Virus record (IMG/VR): IMGVR_UViG_3300045988_137699
Coordinates: 1-43,980 of that record
Source: a virus
Length of the DNA stretch: 43,980 bases
Strand: one strand, 5' to 3'
Shown: positions 26,231-36,249 of the stretch, piece by piece
Layout: the number at the start of each line of letters is the position of its first letter
Position numbering within the stretch: position 1 is the stretch's first letter
Translations under genes and position numbers: made by a program
The notes under the pieces: generated by a model
The model's input: the letters and a program-made list of their open reading frames with translations, nothing else
Database searches by the model: none
Told to the model about the DNA's origin: nothing

Positions 26231-26557
26231 TCATGTTTTGCTTTCTTCAATTCCATTTCCTTTTTTCCCTTCTATTAACCTTAATACAAATTTACATTCT
26301 TCAATTCTTCCTAAATAATATGTATTGTGATTAATGTCGTACATTTTTTCATAAAATTTAACATCTGCATTCATAATAATCTTTAAACTGTCTTTGAAAT
26401 CACCTGATGAATTCTGAATATTATTTATAGCATCCATAAATTGTGGTTCATCATTTTCTTTGGCTGCAACAAGTAATGCTGCTATTGTATAACCAATTAC
26501 TACTCCTAAAAATAAACAAATTATATATCCCATTTTAATCACCTTACCTTTCATCAT
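26231..26557 (-). CDS. Hypothetical protein with an N-terminal TM helix
   Basis: ORF track; hydrophobic segment GYIICLFLGVVIGYTIAALLVAA. Confidence 0.4.
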   Translation of the reverse strand: MMKGKVIKMGYIICLFLGVVIGYTIAALLVAAKENDEPQFMDAINNIQNSSGDFKDSLKIIMNADVKFYEKMYDINHNTYYLGRIEECKFVLRLIEGKKGNGIEESKT

Positions 26558-26889
26558 AAGTATTTAATTTCATTTGCATTAAATATTTCTTTTAATATTT
26601 CATCAATTTTATCCTTATGTAATTCAACTACATAACTTTTATCTTCTTCATAATATCCTGCAATCAATGCTTTTTCTGTAATATTTTTACCTAACATTGT
26701 AAGTTGAATATATGATTGATTATCAATTTTCATCAAATCTGAAAGATTAGTTTTACTTGCTGTTTCACCTGAATGAAAATAAACAAATGCTGAATCTCCA
26801 TCTATTCTTTTAATTTTTCCTATTTCACATTTATATATGTTTCCATTTGAATCTTTTGGAACATAAACAACTAAATCACCATTATTCAT
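26554..26889 (-). CDS. Hypothetical protein
   Basis: ORF track; 4-nt overlap with the downstream gene. Confidence 0.4.
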   Translation of the reverse strand: MNNGDLVVYVPKDSNGNIYKCEIGKIKRIDGDSAFVYFHSGETASKTNLSDLMKIDNQSYIQLTMLGKNITEKALIAGYYEEDKSYVVELHKDKIDEILKEIFNANEIKYL

Positions 26890-26902
26890 AATTACCTTCT
26901 TT

Positions 26903-27496
26903 CTATGTATTTTTTACTTTACTTGTATACATATCAGCTGTGTGTGTAAATAATACATTTTCATATTTTCTTATTGCTTTATCATAATTATCCCATTGGT
27001 CTTGTCCTTCATAAGCTCCCATATGAAATCTAATACAAAATAATTCTTCTTCTGTAAGTGTTATAAATTGGGATAATAACATTATTGATTTTTCGCCATG
27101 TCCTTTTAAAACAGTATTTGAATTGTATTCAAAATGAACTTCTTTTCCTTTAACTTCATTAGTTCCCATCATTGTTTCACCTGGTTCATCAACAATTGTT
27201 AAATAATTATCAATTTTACACAAATCATGAAACATACCTATTATATAAGGACTTTCAGGTCTTTTCCATTTTAAATTTAATCTGTCAGTCATATCCAATA
27301 GCACCTGTGTTACTTCATATGAATGGTCAAACAACCCACCTTCATATGCACCATGATATTTTGTAGATGCTGGTTGTGTAAAAAATTTATTTTCAATTAA
27401 CCAATTATAAAAATCTTTGGTAATTATTTCTTTCATTAATCCATCAAATAATTCTATTCTTCTATTGGTTGTCAAATTTTTTTCATATTCTAACAT
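26903..27496 (-). CDS. HD-domain phosphohydrolase
   Basis: YHGAYEGGLFDHSYEV and GMFHDLCK provide the H...HD...D metal-binding pattern. Confidence 0.65.
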   Translation of the reverse strand: MLEYEKNLTTNRRIELFDGLMKEIITKDFYNWLIENKFFTQPASTKYHGAYEGGLFDHSYEVTQVLLDMTDRLNLKWKRPESPYIIGMFHDLCKIDNYLTIVDEPGETMMGTNEVKGKEVHFEYNSNTVLKGHGEKSIMLLSQFITLTEEELFCIRFHMGAYEGQDQWDNYDKAIRKYENVLFTHTADMYTSKVKNT

Positions 27497-27513
27497 TTAA
27501 TTTCACCATCCTA

Positions 27514-27726
27514 TCAAACTTCTTTTACTTCTATTTCAATTACATTAATTTCTAAATTAAATGTCATTTTGTTATTTACTCTTTCATATTCAACAGAATC
27601 ATGAACATAATTTGTTAATTCATTTGCAACCATTATTGCATCTTGAACATCTCCATTTACTTCAAATTCTGTTATGTATTCATCATTTTCCACATCTTTT
27701 AATTGTATAATCATTAATAATCCCAC
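27514..27726 (-). CDS. Hypothetical protein (70 aa, acidic)
   Basis: ORF track; same orientation as the operon. Confidence 0.35.
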   Translation of the reverse strand: MGLLMIIQLKDVENDEYITEFEVNGDVQDAIMVANELTNYVHDSVEYERVNNKMTFNLEINVIEIEVKEV

Positions 27727-27965
27727 CTTTTTTCTTTATTTTTGTTTTCTATTACTGAAAGAATATCAGTAAAAGTAATATGTAAGTTTTCTTTTCCTGT
27801 CTGTTCTTGTTCTAGTGTAAAAGCTGTCATTAAATAAAATTTATTATGAAATTTTATTATAAAGTCATTTCCATCAACTAATACAGGTGTTGATACTTTA
27901 AAACCTATTAATTTATATAATAATTTAATTAATAATTTTTTCATAACTAATTCCTTTCTAATCAT
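27714..27965 (-). CDS. Hypothetical protein
   Basis: ORF track. The probable start is MKKLLIKL at 27944 with the RBS AAAGGAA. Confidence 0.35.
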   Translation of the reverse strand: MIRKELVMKKLLIKLLYKLIGFKVSTPVLVDGNDFIIKFHNKFYLMTAFTLEQEQTGKENLHITFTDILSVIENKNKEKRWDY

Positions 27966-28086
27966 TACTAGATAAAAATGTAATCATTGCAACAATAAAT
28001 CCCCATACATATTGCCAATTGGCTGGTATATAATTATTTATTATTGCACCAATTGTGCAGCATAGTATTATTTTTAAAATAGTCAT
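27958..28086 (-). CDS. 42-aa hydrophobic micro-protein (MTILKIILCCTIGAIINNYIPANWQYVWGFIVAMITFLSSND)
   Basis: Hand translation of the gap; two hydrophobic stretches. Confidence 0.3.
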   Translation of the reverse strand: MTILKIILCCTIGAIINNYIPANWQYVWGFIVAMITFLSSND

Positions 28087-28098
28087 ATTAAATCCTTT

Positions 28099-28518
28099 CT
28101 ATGCAACTGAATCAGCAAATGCAATCGCCATTCGTTTTGCATCTTCCAATGTTTCTGCTTTGAAACCAACTGGAAGTGATAAATTTTCATCAGGATGTTC
28201 TTGTAAATATTCATCCGTAAATCCACTTTCTGCACAACATGAACCTTCTTCTACAACTGAACCTATTCCAAAACCAAAGATTGCACGATGTGACCAACCA
28301 TACCATTTTTGTTCTTTTTTATTAAATCCTATTGAACAAACTTTGTTATCCTTATATGTTTGGATTTGTGAAAGTCCATATTTTTCAACATACATTTCAA
28401 AATCTTTAAGTGTTCCAATATATTTGTCATCCTTGTTATATACAAAAATCATCTTAATACCTTGTGATTCTTCAATTTTAATTTTATATTCTTCTAATAT
28501 TTCAGATTTTATTTCCAA
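28099..28518 (-). CDS. Hypothetical protein
   Basis: ORF track. Preferred over the antisense ORF 28055..28543 on composition and operon orientation. Confidence 0.45.
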   Translation of the reverse strand: MEIKSEILEEYKIKIEESQGIKMIFVYNKDDKYIGTLKDFEMYVEKYGLSQIQTYKDNKVCSIGFNKKEQKWYGWSHRAIFGFGIGSVVEEGSCCAESGFTDEYLQEHPDENLSLPVGFKAETLEDAKRMAIAFADSVA

Positions 28519-28925
28519 CCTAATTCACCTACTTTCTTTATAAAATATTCTTTTATTCCTTTTTCTGTATCCCACATTTTTGCATGGTCATATTCAAATT
28601 TTGATTTTTCTGTATCTAATCTCAATATTTCTTTTGCCATTAAATCAATTATTTTATCTTTATTTTTCATTTTTTCTTTATCATAAGAATGCATACTAAT
28701 TAAATTTAACATTTTATTACTTCGTTTAAATTCATTTCTTGTAAATCTTTTTATTTCTCTTTGTTGGCTTTCTATTAGATTTAATAATAAATAAATTTCA
28801 TTATATGTTAATCTTGCATAACTTCTGTCTTTAACAATAAAATGTATTTTTCCCCATTCTTTTAAAGAATTTACTATCTTAATAGCTTTCTTTTCTTCTT
28901 CACTCATTGGCATCTTCTTCACCAT
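28509..28925 (-). CDS. Hypothetical protein
   Basis: ORF track. Confidence 0.4.
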   Translation of the reverse strand: MVKKMPMSEEEKKAIKIVNSLKEWGKIHFIVKDRSYARLTYNEIYLLLNLIESQQREIKRFTRNEFKRSNKMLNLISMHSYDKEKMKNKDKIIDLMAKEILRLDTEKSKFEYDHAKMWDTEKGIKEYFIKKVGELGWK

Positions 28926-29154
28926 CAGCTAACACACTATTTGCTGAAACTGCCATTGGTGCAAGTGTTTGTCCTTCCTGTTGAATATATATTTTTCTTG
29001 TTTTCTTGATTTTTTCAAGTTCAATATCATCTAATTCCCAACATGTTTCAATTGCTGGTGTTTCATCTTCATATTTATATCTTGTACCTGGTAAATCATA
29101 ACAATCAGGTCTTTTAAAAGTTGTGTTTGTTGTTTTTCTTTTTATTGGTTTCAT
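28900..29154 (-). CDS. Hypothetical protein
   Basis: ORF track. Confidence 0.35.
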   Translation of the reverse strand: MKPIKRKTTNTTFKRPDCYDLPGTRYKYEDETPAIETCWELDDIELEKIKKTRKIYIQQEGQTLAPMAVSANSVLADGEEDANE

Positions 29155-29500
29155 AATTTACTACCACCTTTCTTAATTTACTTGTAATTTCATCAATAGT
29201 TTTAAAAATATCAATCATATAGTTTGCAACAAAATCTGCAACAATTTCATCATTCCAATCCACTTGTAATAATCCATAACTTTCAATATATGCATGTGTT
29301 ATTTCATGATATAAAGTATATTTAAGTGAATCATCATTCAAATCATTCCTGATGTATATATTTTTTGTCACAAAATCTGTTACACCACTATGTGTTTCAC
29401 CATCATCCATAATTAAATATTTGGAATGTTCATCTATTAAGTGAACATTATATGTATTATTATGAATTTTTATTTGTATTGTTGTTTGTAACTCTAACAT
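29114..29500 (-). CDS. Small putative zinc metallopeptidase (HExxH)
   Basis: LYHEITHAYIESYG contains HEITH. Confidence 0.45.
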   Translation of the reverse strand: MLELQTTIQIKIHNNTYNVHLIDEHSKYLIMDDGETHSGVTDFVTKNIYIRNDLNDDSLKYTLYHEITHAYIESYGLLQVDWNDEIVADFVANYMIDIFKTIDEITSKLRKVVVNYETNKKKNNKHNF

Positions 29501-29762
29501 TTTTGATTTCCTTTCTTAACATTTCCAACAAAATCATCCATTCTTGCTTGTCACATTCATCACCATATGAAATTGCTGTTTCTATATCTCTAATCATAAC
29601 CGCTTTGTCTTTACCTGATAACAAATGCATATTTTTCTTTATAATTTCACAAGTCCACCCAACGATGTATGTTCTTCTTCCTAGTGCATATCTTTCTGCG
29701 GATACTAATATCATTGATATATCTTCCACTTCACCATTAAATTTTATTTGCATTTTTATCAC
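29460..29762 (-). CDS. Hypothetical protein
   Basis: ORF track; contains the motif ERYALGRRTYIVGW. Confidence 0.4.
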   Translation of the reverse strand: MIKMQIKFNGEVEDISMILVSAERYALGRRTYIVGWTCEIIKKNMHLLSGKDKAVMIRDIETAISYGDECDKQEWMILLEMLRKEIKNVRVTNNNTNKNS

Positions 29763-30038
29763 CTATTTACAATGTTTTGTTATTTCTTCCATGTCAACAT
29801 CATTATCATTTAATTCATCATCAAAACCTTCCTTGATAATTTCTAATGTTTCAAGTTTTGTTTCTAATTTTTCAATTTCATTTTCTGTTTCAATTGTGCT
29901 TTTATTATGTTTTTCATTTATTTTAAGCAAATCATTCTGATATGCAATATCTTTCTTTACTTGTTCTATACTTTCAATTAAATATTCATTATGGTTATAT
30001 ATCACTTGAATCAAATCATCTTTTTCCACCTTTTTCAC
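29763..30038 (-). CDS. Hypothetical coiled-coil protein
   Basis: ORF track. Confidence 0.35.
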   Translation of the reverse strand: MKKVEKDDLIQVIYNHNEYLIESIEQVKKDIAYQNDLLKINEKHNKSTIETENEIEKLETKLETLEIIKEGFDDELNDNDVDMEEITKHCK

Positions 30039-30720
30039 CTTCTTTCTTGAATTTTTCTTCTAATTGTTCAACACTATAATCTGCCCTGAATTGGTTATAT
30101 GATTTTTTGTCCATTTCTTTTAATTCCTGCCATAATTCAGGATAGTATGTATATAAAATTTTTAATTCTTTAAGATTTTTTAATGGACAACACCAACAAC
30201 TTAATCTGTCAAAATGTTCATATAATCCATCCCAATAAAATCCTTTTTCATAACAACATTTTAGGCAATCTGCTTCTGTCATTTCATATTCAACTAATGG
30301 GTATCTTTTATCCCTAATTCTTTTTGGTTCATCATAAGCAATTCCAATATATTCTGTGTAACCTTCGTTTTTATATTTCTTTAAATAATCATTGATAACT
30401 TTGGTTTTTAAATTACTTGTACACCATCTGCAAAGCATCGTTGCCCAACCATATCCTTTTTTACCTTTGTTTTTTCCTTTTGTTTTTTCGTGTTCAAACA
30501 TATAATAATCAAAACTTTTTTCTGCTTTTATTCTAGTAATTTTCTTGTTATAATGTTTTTGAATATAATCATCAAATTTATTTATATGGTCAATCATTTG
30601 TGGAAAATCTTTACCTGTATCAGCAAAAATAATTTCATCAACCCACCATCCATCTTCTAGCATTTTCAATGTCATTGCTGTGCTATCTTTACCACCACTA
30701 AAATTGATTATATGTTTCAT
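30016..30720 (-). CDS. PAPS-reductase-family PP-loop ATPase
   Basis: The N-terminus NFSGGKDSTAM is the SGGKDS PP-loop. There is a C-terminal Cys cluster, RLSCWCCPLKN. Confidence 0.7.
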   Translation of the reverse strand: MKHIINFSGGKDSTAMTLKMLEDGWWVDEIIFADTGKDFPQMIDHINKFDDYIQKHYNKKITRIKAEKSFDYYMFEHEKTKGKNKGKKGYGWATMLCRWCTSNLKTKVINDYLKKYKNEGYTEYIGIAYDEPKRIRDKRYPLVEYEMTEADCLKCCYEKGFYWDGLYEHFDRLSCWCCPLKNLKELKILYTYYPELWQELKEMDKKSYNQFRADYSVEQLEEKFKKEGEKGGKR

Positions 30721-31595
30721 TGCACATCACCTTCTTTCAATCCTTTAAAAATATGTGCAATTACATCAACTGTCCAACCATCACCAATTACATTTGATGC
30801 TTGATGTTTTGTAAGCATTTTTGTATAACCAATAGGTAATGTCTGACCTTGTTCTAATTCTTCGGTTGTTAAATATCTGCAAAAATCTTCAAATTCAATT
30901 AGTCCTGCATTTTTCCATCTGTCTTGCCTTGTGGTTATACAATTTATTTTGGTTGCATTTGTTATATTTGGACAATTTCCATTTATACCATCACCCCACA
31001 TTTTAATTCTTGAAGGTGTTTTGTTAACTTTAAATTCCTTGCATTTTTCATAGTCTTTGCATATGTAATCTTGAAAATTTATATGTCTATCTTGTGGCTG
31101 TGTTACATTTGGAATGTTTGTCCAATAATATCTATTGCGATTTTGATAACTAACCAAATTTGAATTTATTTCAATTGGTTCAACACCAAGAATACTGCTA
31201 ATAAGCTGTTTGTCTTGTTTACTCATATTTGCAACATTTTCTAATAAAAAATATTTTGGTTTTAATTGTTTCAATATTCTTACATATTCATAAAACAAAC
31301 TACTTTTTTGACCATCCAATCCTTCCCTTTTATCTTTTACCATTACAACTGCAATTGATAAATCTTGACAAGGACTTCCACCAATCAATAAATCAATTTT
31401 ATCCAACTTACTTAAATCTAATTTTGTAACATCACCAATTTGAATTGTGTTTGGGAAGTTTTCTTGTGTGCATTTAATTGCTGATGGTTTTATTTCACTT
31501 GCATAATATTTGTCAACTTTCATTCCTGCCCTTTGAAGTGCAATTTGTCCACAACTTATTCCATCAAATAGACTTAACACATTCATGCTTATCAT
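30717..31595 (-). CDS. DNA (cytosine-5)-methyltransferase
   Basis: Motif I LFDGISCG, motif IV GGSPCQDLS, motif VI LLENV. The probable start is MNVLSLF at 31586. Confidence 0.85.
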   Translation of the reverse strand: MISMNVLSLFDGISCGQIALQRAGMKVDKYYASEIKPSAIKCTQENFPNTIQIGDVTKLDLSKLDKIDLLIGGSPCQDLSIAVVMVKDKREGLDGQKSSLFYEYVRILKQLKPKYFLLENVANMSKQDKQLISSILGVEPIEINSNLVSYQNRNRYYWTNIPNVTQPQDRHINFQDYICKDYEKCKEFKVNKTPSRIKMWGDGINGNCPNITNATKINCITTRQDRWKNAGLIEFEDFCRYLTTEELEQGQTLPIGYTKMLTKHQASNVIGDGWTVDVIAHIFKGLKEGDVQ

Positions 31596-31791
31596 TTCCT
31601 TCCTTTACTTTTTCCCAATTAAATTTGGAATATTTTGATTTGGCTTGTCTTTCCCTTCCAATCAATCTTCCGCTTCTTGTACAAATTTGATACCACCATA
31701 AAATATCAGTTCTATATCTTACACACATTATCCAATTTTTAATGAATGGGTTATATGTTATTTTATTTACATGAAATTCTGTTTTTGGCAT
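31564..31791 (-). CDS. Hypothetical protein (75 aa, basic)
   Basis: ORF track. Confidence 0.35.
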   Translation of the reverse strand: MPKTEFHVNKITYNPFIKNWIMCVRYRTDILWWYQICTRSGRLIGRERQAKSKYSKFNWEKVKEGNDKHECVKSI

Positions 31792-31817
31792 ATCAATTCC
31801 CCCTTATCTTTTGTATT

Positions 31818-33719
31818 TTATTGACCTTCTGCTTTTATGAATATTCTGCATTTTTTACCTTGTATTTTCTTATCAATAATTACAAAATTAAAATATTTTT
31901 TGACTTGTTTTGAAAATTCCCCACTTGATAATTCTTGAAGACTATTTCTAATACAAAATTCTTTATATTTTGTATAAACTTGATTTGTTGGTTCATTTTC
32001 AATATTTATATCTTCTGCTTCACATTCTTTGAAGAATCCTATAATTGGATTATTTGTTTCTTCATATTCATTCAATTCATTTTCAATTTTTGCTGATGTT
32101 GTGAATTTTCTGTTTTTTAGAACTCTTTTCAATCCTGCAATACCTAATGTAATTAAATATTCCATTGATTCTTGACCTTGAAGTGAATCCCCAATGAATG
32201 GTCTGAAATTTGGATTATCAGAAGTGAATTTTGCATTGAATGGTACAATTACAAGCCTTCTTAATATTGCACTTGAATCCCTTCCTTTTCCTATTCTTGG
32301 AATAGTGTTTGCACTAAATACTAATTTCACATAAGGTTCAAAATCAAATTTTGGCTGTCCTTTTTGTTCAGCATCTATTGTTTCACCTGTTACTATCTTT
32401 TTGAATTCTGCTGCATCTGTTATAAATTCATCAGAAATATCATCACCTATATTTGCAAGTTTTCCAAATAACATTACAGTTGAAAATCTATCATTCAATT
32501 TCTTTAAATCAAGAACAGAAATATTTTTCTTTCCTAACATTGCTTTTATTAAATTCAAATATGTACTTTTACCATTTGAACCTGTTCCAGTTAATATGAA
32601 TGCTTTTCCAAGTTCATTTCTTCTATACATACAATAACCAACCAATTCTTCAAGTAATGACCTGATTTCTTTATCATCACATGCAATGTTATTTAACACT
32701 TCATCTGTTAATTCAAAATAAGCATTTGGGTTATAATCCCAATCAATTTTATTTGTAATAACAAATTCAGGTGAAAATTGAAAAAACTTGTCTTCTAATA
32801 TGTCATATATTCCATTTCTAAATGCAATTAAATTTGCTGGTGCTGGTCTTGTATTTTCTCTTATCATAATATCTAAATATGACATTACTTCTGTTCTTTT
32901 GGCTCTGTTTAGTTGTGGTATATGTTTTATCATTGCTGATTCAATTTCCTGTTGTCCTGCAACATATATTCCATCTTTGTATAAATGCAATTGATTGTTT
33001 ATTCTTACAATGTGATGATTATTTTTCAAAAATACTGCAAATTTATCAAATAAGAACGATGAACCTTTGAAAAATACAGGTTTTGCAAATGCTTCATCAC
33101 GAATTATGACATCAACTTCATCATCTGTTAATGGCTCTTTTAAAACATATTTATTAATAAGTTTTATTGTTTCTCTTGCTTCTTCTTTTGAAAAGTCATT
33201 TGCTTGTAAAGTTAATATATAATTAAATAATGCTTGATTTCTTCCATCACCTGCTGACATATTCAAAAAATCCATTGTTGTTTTTATTGGCATCAACCAT
33301 TTTGGAAGTTCTTGTGCTTCTTCTTTTTTTCCTGTTGTGTCATATAAAATTGGTCTATCTTCATTATTAAATTTCAAGATTGAATATGCATTTCGTTTTC
33401 CAATTTTAATATCTGATGTAATTCCAAGTGCAAGTGTTGCATGTGTGCGATTACTTTCAACATTTGTATTTTTGAATAAGAAATGTTTTCCCCTAGTTGT
33501 TTTATATACTCTACATTTAAGTTTTAAATCCTGAACAATTTTAAATAATATTTCACTTTCATCAAAATCATCAATATCAATTAGTATTGTATCTGTTGCA
33601 AGAATACCAGCAAATTCAGGTAATGATTGAACTTGTTTATAATTTTTGAAATCTGTTCTTCCTTTGAACTTTTCCATACATTTTTTATTTTTGGTTTCAA
33701 CATATCCTTTGAAGAACAT
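31818..33719 (-). CDS. Primase-polymerase / D5-P4-type SF3 helicase fusion
   Basis: N-terminal prim-pol-like region (ILIDIDDFDE) and Walker A LTGTGSNGKSTYLNLI, typical of the P4/D5 family. 633 aa. Confidence 0.75.
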   Translation of the reverse strand: MFFKGYVETKNKKCMEKFKGRTDFKNYKQVQSLPEFAGILATDTILIDIDDFDESEILFKIVQDLKLKCRVYKTTRGKHFLFKNTNVESNRTHATLALGITSDIKIGKRNAYSILKFNNEDRPILYDTTGKKEEAQELPKWLMPIKTTMDFLNMSAGDGRNQALFNYILTLQANDFSKEEARETIKLINKYVLKEPLTDDEVDVIIRDEAFAKPVFFKGSSFLFDKFAVFLKNNHHIVRINNQLHLYKDGIYVAGQQEIESAMIKHIPQLNRAKRTEVMSYLDIMIRENTRPAPANLIAFRNGIYDILEDKFFQFSPEFVITNKIDWDYNPNAYFELTDEVLNNIACDDKEIRSLLEELVGYCMYRRNELGKAFILTGTGSNGKSTYLNLIKAMLGKKNISVLDLKKLNDRFSTVMLFGKLANIGDDISDEFITDAAEFKKIVTGETIDAEQKGQPKFDFEPYVKLVFSANTIPRIGKGRDSSAILRRLVIVPFNAKFTSDNPNFRPFIGDSLQGQESMEYLITLGIAGLKRVLKNRKFTTSAKIENELNEYEETNNPIIGFFKECEAEDINIENEPTNQVYTKYKEFCIRNSLQELSSGEFSKQVKKYFNFVIIDKKIQGKKCRIFIKAEGQ

Positions 33720-33739
33720 AATTCAATCACCCCCCTTCT

Positions 33740-33952
33740 TTATTTGTTATCCCATCGCAAATAATTTTCAATAAATTCTTCAAGTTGTGGTGTTAGCATA
33801 TTTTGTCTTGCTAATTCTCTTTTAAAACTTGCAACATCTTCAATTTTTTCCCTGTCATCATATTCAACATCAAAATCACTATCAAAGACAAAATCTTCAA
33901 AGCCATCATCACCAACTAATAAATGTAATACACTTTTATTATTTTCATTCAT
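33740..33952 (-). CDS. Hypothetical acidic protein
   Basis: ORF track. Confidence 0.35.
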   Translation of the reverse strand: MNENNKSVLHLLVGDDGFEDFVFDSDFDVEYDDREKIEDVASFKRELARQNMLTPQLEEFIENYLRWDNK

Positions 33953-33954
33953 AT

Positions 33955-35670
33955 CTATATCACCCCAAAATCCTTTAATCTTTTTTGTGCAAGGTCAACA
34001 TACCATGCTTTGTCCAATTTCTTTGGAACTTTCACACCATTTACTTCATCATTATAAATAAAGCAATGTTCAGGTGAATTTGATATTTTTGCAGGTCTTC
34101 CTGTTGTTGCATGTATTTTTGTAACACCCTTGTCTTCTTCATTTGTTGATGCAAATATCCTGATGCATTTCTCTTTTATATATTCATCACCATGTAAAAT
34201 GTGTGTATATTTATTTGAAATTTTTGTTACCAATTGAAATTCTTTCAAATCATCACATTCATTGATTGTTTGTTCAACTGGAATATTGTGAACCATGTAT
34301 TCAACTAATGCTTTGTTAATAATTGGTAAATCATAATCAAGATTATTTAATTTCTTAACATATGCACCTTTTGATTTGTATTTTCCATTAGCATCAACAA
34401 TTATGTAATTGTTAACATCTTTCTGAAATACTTTTCTATATTCATCAAATTCCAATGTTAGATGTGTTCTTTGTTCCCATTCATATGCAATATCATCAAT
34501 CATGTCAAAATCTTCATATTTGTTCATTTTTACAAGAATACCATCAGTATTTGATTGGATAATTTGGCAATGTGGTTCTAATTTTTCAATCAAATCTAGT
34601 AATAACAATTGACCATATACACAAACTCTATTTGCTTGAAGTGGGTCATATAATCCATTGTTTTTATCTTTCATTACACCATATGTTGAATTTAATACTA
34701 ATTTTAATGGTGCTTGTAATGGGTTCTTTTCTTTTTTGTATTTCAACCTTGTATGATAAATTTCTTCATATTTTTTTGGGTCTTTCATGTTTCTGCTATG
34801 TAAATTATATTGAATCATAAGTGATGGATATAGTGATGCAACATCCATGTTTAGGAAATAACCTTCACCACTATATTGTGGAATTGCACCATGGACACCA
34901 CCCCAACCAAATTGATGTGGAACACCTGCAATCATAATGTCTAGTTGATTCTTTTTTCCATTCTTTTCATAACATCTGTTGTCTTCATTTTTATACCAAT
35001 CAACAACTTCTTTATATTTTTCAATTTTTAAAGTTGAAGGGAAATCAATATCAAATTCATCATCATGTTCTTTTGGTGTTGCTTCAAGTATTATTGCAGC
35101 CAATTGTGATTTTGTTTTTGAAATTAATGAAAGATTCAATGGTTTTCCTTGACATGCTAGTTTTACCAATCCCATACATGCTTCAAAATCTTCTTTTCTT
35201 TGTAAAAATACTTCAATTGTTTGTTCAACATCGTGTCTACAATATTTTACAGTTTCTTGAATTTCTTCTTCTGTCAATTTTCTATCTATATCAAAAGGAA
35301 CTGATGATTCCTTAATGTTATTTCCCATAAAACCTTCAAATGATTTCAAACCCCTATCTATATTTGACATTACATCATAATTATTAAGTGGTATATTTCT
35401 AAATAATGATGAAAATTTCCATCCTGGATTACCTTTGACAATGATGTAATCATTTATTCTTTTTGGGTCAAAACCACAAAGGATGCCTTTCAGAATGTAT
35501 TGGTCATAATGTCTTGAATTAAATCCAACCCAAATATCATTTACATTTTCATTGTAAATTCTTTCTAATTCATCAGGATTATTAATGATGACATGTTCCT
35601 TCTTTTTAGTCATATCAATAATCACAACCAACCAATCTTCTTTGAATACTTCAAAGTCATAAAATAACAT
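33955..35670 (-). CDS. Family B DNA polymerase
   Basis: Exo I FYDFEVF, motif A DVASLYPSLM, motif B KLVLNSTYGVM, motif C SNTDGILV. Confidence 0.8.
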   Translation of the reverse strand: MLFYDFEVFKEDWLVVIIDMTKKKEHVIINNPDELERIYNENVNDIWVGFNSRHYDQYILKGILCGFDPKRINDYIIVKGNPGWKFSSLFRNIPLNNYDVMSNIDRGLKSFEGFMGNNIKESSVPFDIDRKLTEEEIQETVKYCRHDVEQTIEVFLQRKEDFEACMGLVKLACQGKPLNLSLISKTKSQLAAIILEATPKEHDDEFDIDFPSTLKIEKYKEVVDWYKNEDNRCYEKNGKKNQLDIMIAGVPHQFGWGGVHGAIPQYSGEGYFLNMDVASLYPSLMIQYNLHSRNMKDPKKYEEIYHTRLKYKKEKNPLQAPLKLVLNSTYGVMKDKNNGLYDPLQANRVCVYGQLLLLDLIEKLEPHCQIIQSNTDGILVKMNKYEDFDMIDDIAYEWEQRTHLTLEFDEYRKVFQKDVNNYIIVDANGKYKSKGAYVKKLNNLDYDLPIINKALVEYMVHNIPVEQTINECDDLKEFQLVTKISNKYTHILHGDEYIKEKCIRIFASTNEEDKGVTKIHATTGRPAKISNSPEHCFIYNDEVNGVKVPKKLDKAWYVDLAQKRLKDFGVI

Positions 35671-35728
35671 TCCTAGTCACACCCTTTCTTATTTTGAAGG
35701 GTGGAATTTCACCACCCTATTTATTCAA

Positions 35729-36223
35729 TTAATCTTCTAATGTGAAAACTTCTGTAATTTCGTATTTGCTGAAATCACCTTTACCTTTTTTGTAATCAAG
35801 TGCAAATTCAAAATTATCATCTATTGCTTCAAATACATCCATAATTAAATTACTATATTGTTTATATGTTTTGAATTCAATTACTGGTGCATCATCACCC
35901 ATTTCTGAAACCATCATTCTTAATAATTCATTTACAATATGTATTTGGAATCCTTGTGTAATTACTTGATTCATAAATATCATTGAACCTTTGTATTCTC
36001 CATCTGATACTATTTTGAACCAAATTGAAACCATTGGGTCACCTTTTGAACTTGGTTTTAATTCCATTTGTTGAATTGCAACTTCATATTCTCCATGTGG
36101 CACTTCTTTATATGTAGTTTGTCCACCATTTTCTGCTGCTTCTGCAACATCTTTTGCTAATCCTTCCACATCAACTTCTTTATCCCATTTATCAAATATA
36201 TTTTTTTCTGACATAATAATCAC
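35729..36223 (-). CDS. DUF669-like putative ssDNA-binding protein
   Basis: 164 aa. Its position next to an AAA_24-type ATPase is the usual Sak4/DUF669 pairing. Confidence 0.5.
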   Translation of the reverse strand: MIIMSEKNIFDKWDKEVDVEGLAKDVAEAAENGGQTTYKEVPHGEYEVAIQQMELKPSSKGDPMVSIWFKIVSDGEYKGSMIFMNQVITQGFQIHIVNELLRMMVSEMGDDAPVIEFKTYKQYSNLIMDVFEAIDDNFEFALDYKKGKGDFSKYEITEVFTLED

Positions 36224-36249
36224 CTTTTAACCTTTCTTTTATTTAAAAT

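Noticed and set aside
35697-35717. The hairpin AGGGTGG-aatttca-CCACCCT after the DUF669-like gene, read as a terminator
   Set aside because: The 7-bp stem has no T-tract on the transcribed (minus) strand. It sits inside a continuous replication operon, so the evidence is not enough to call it.
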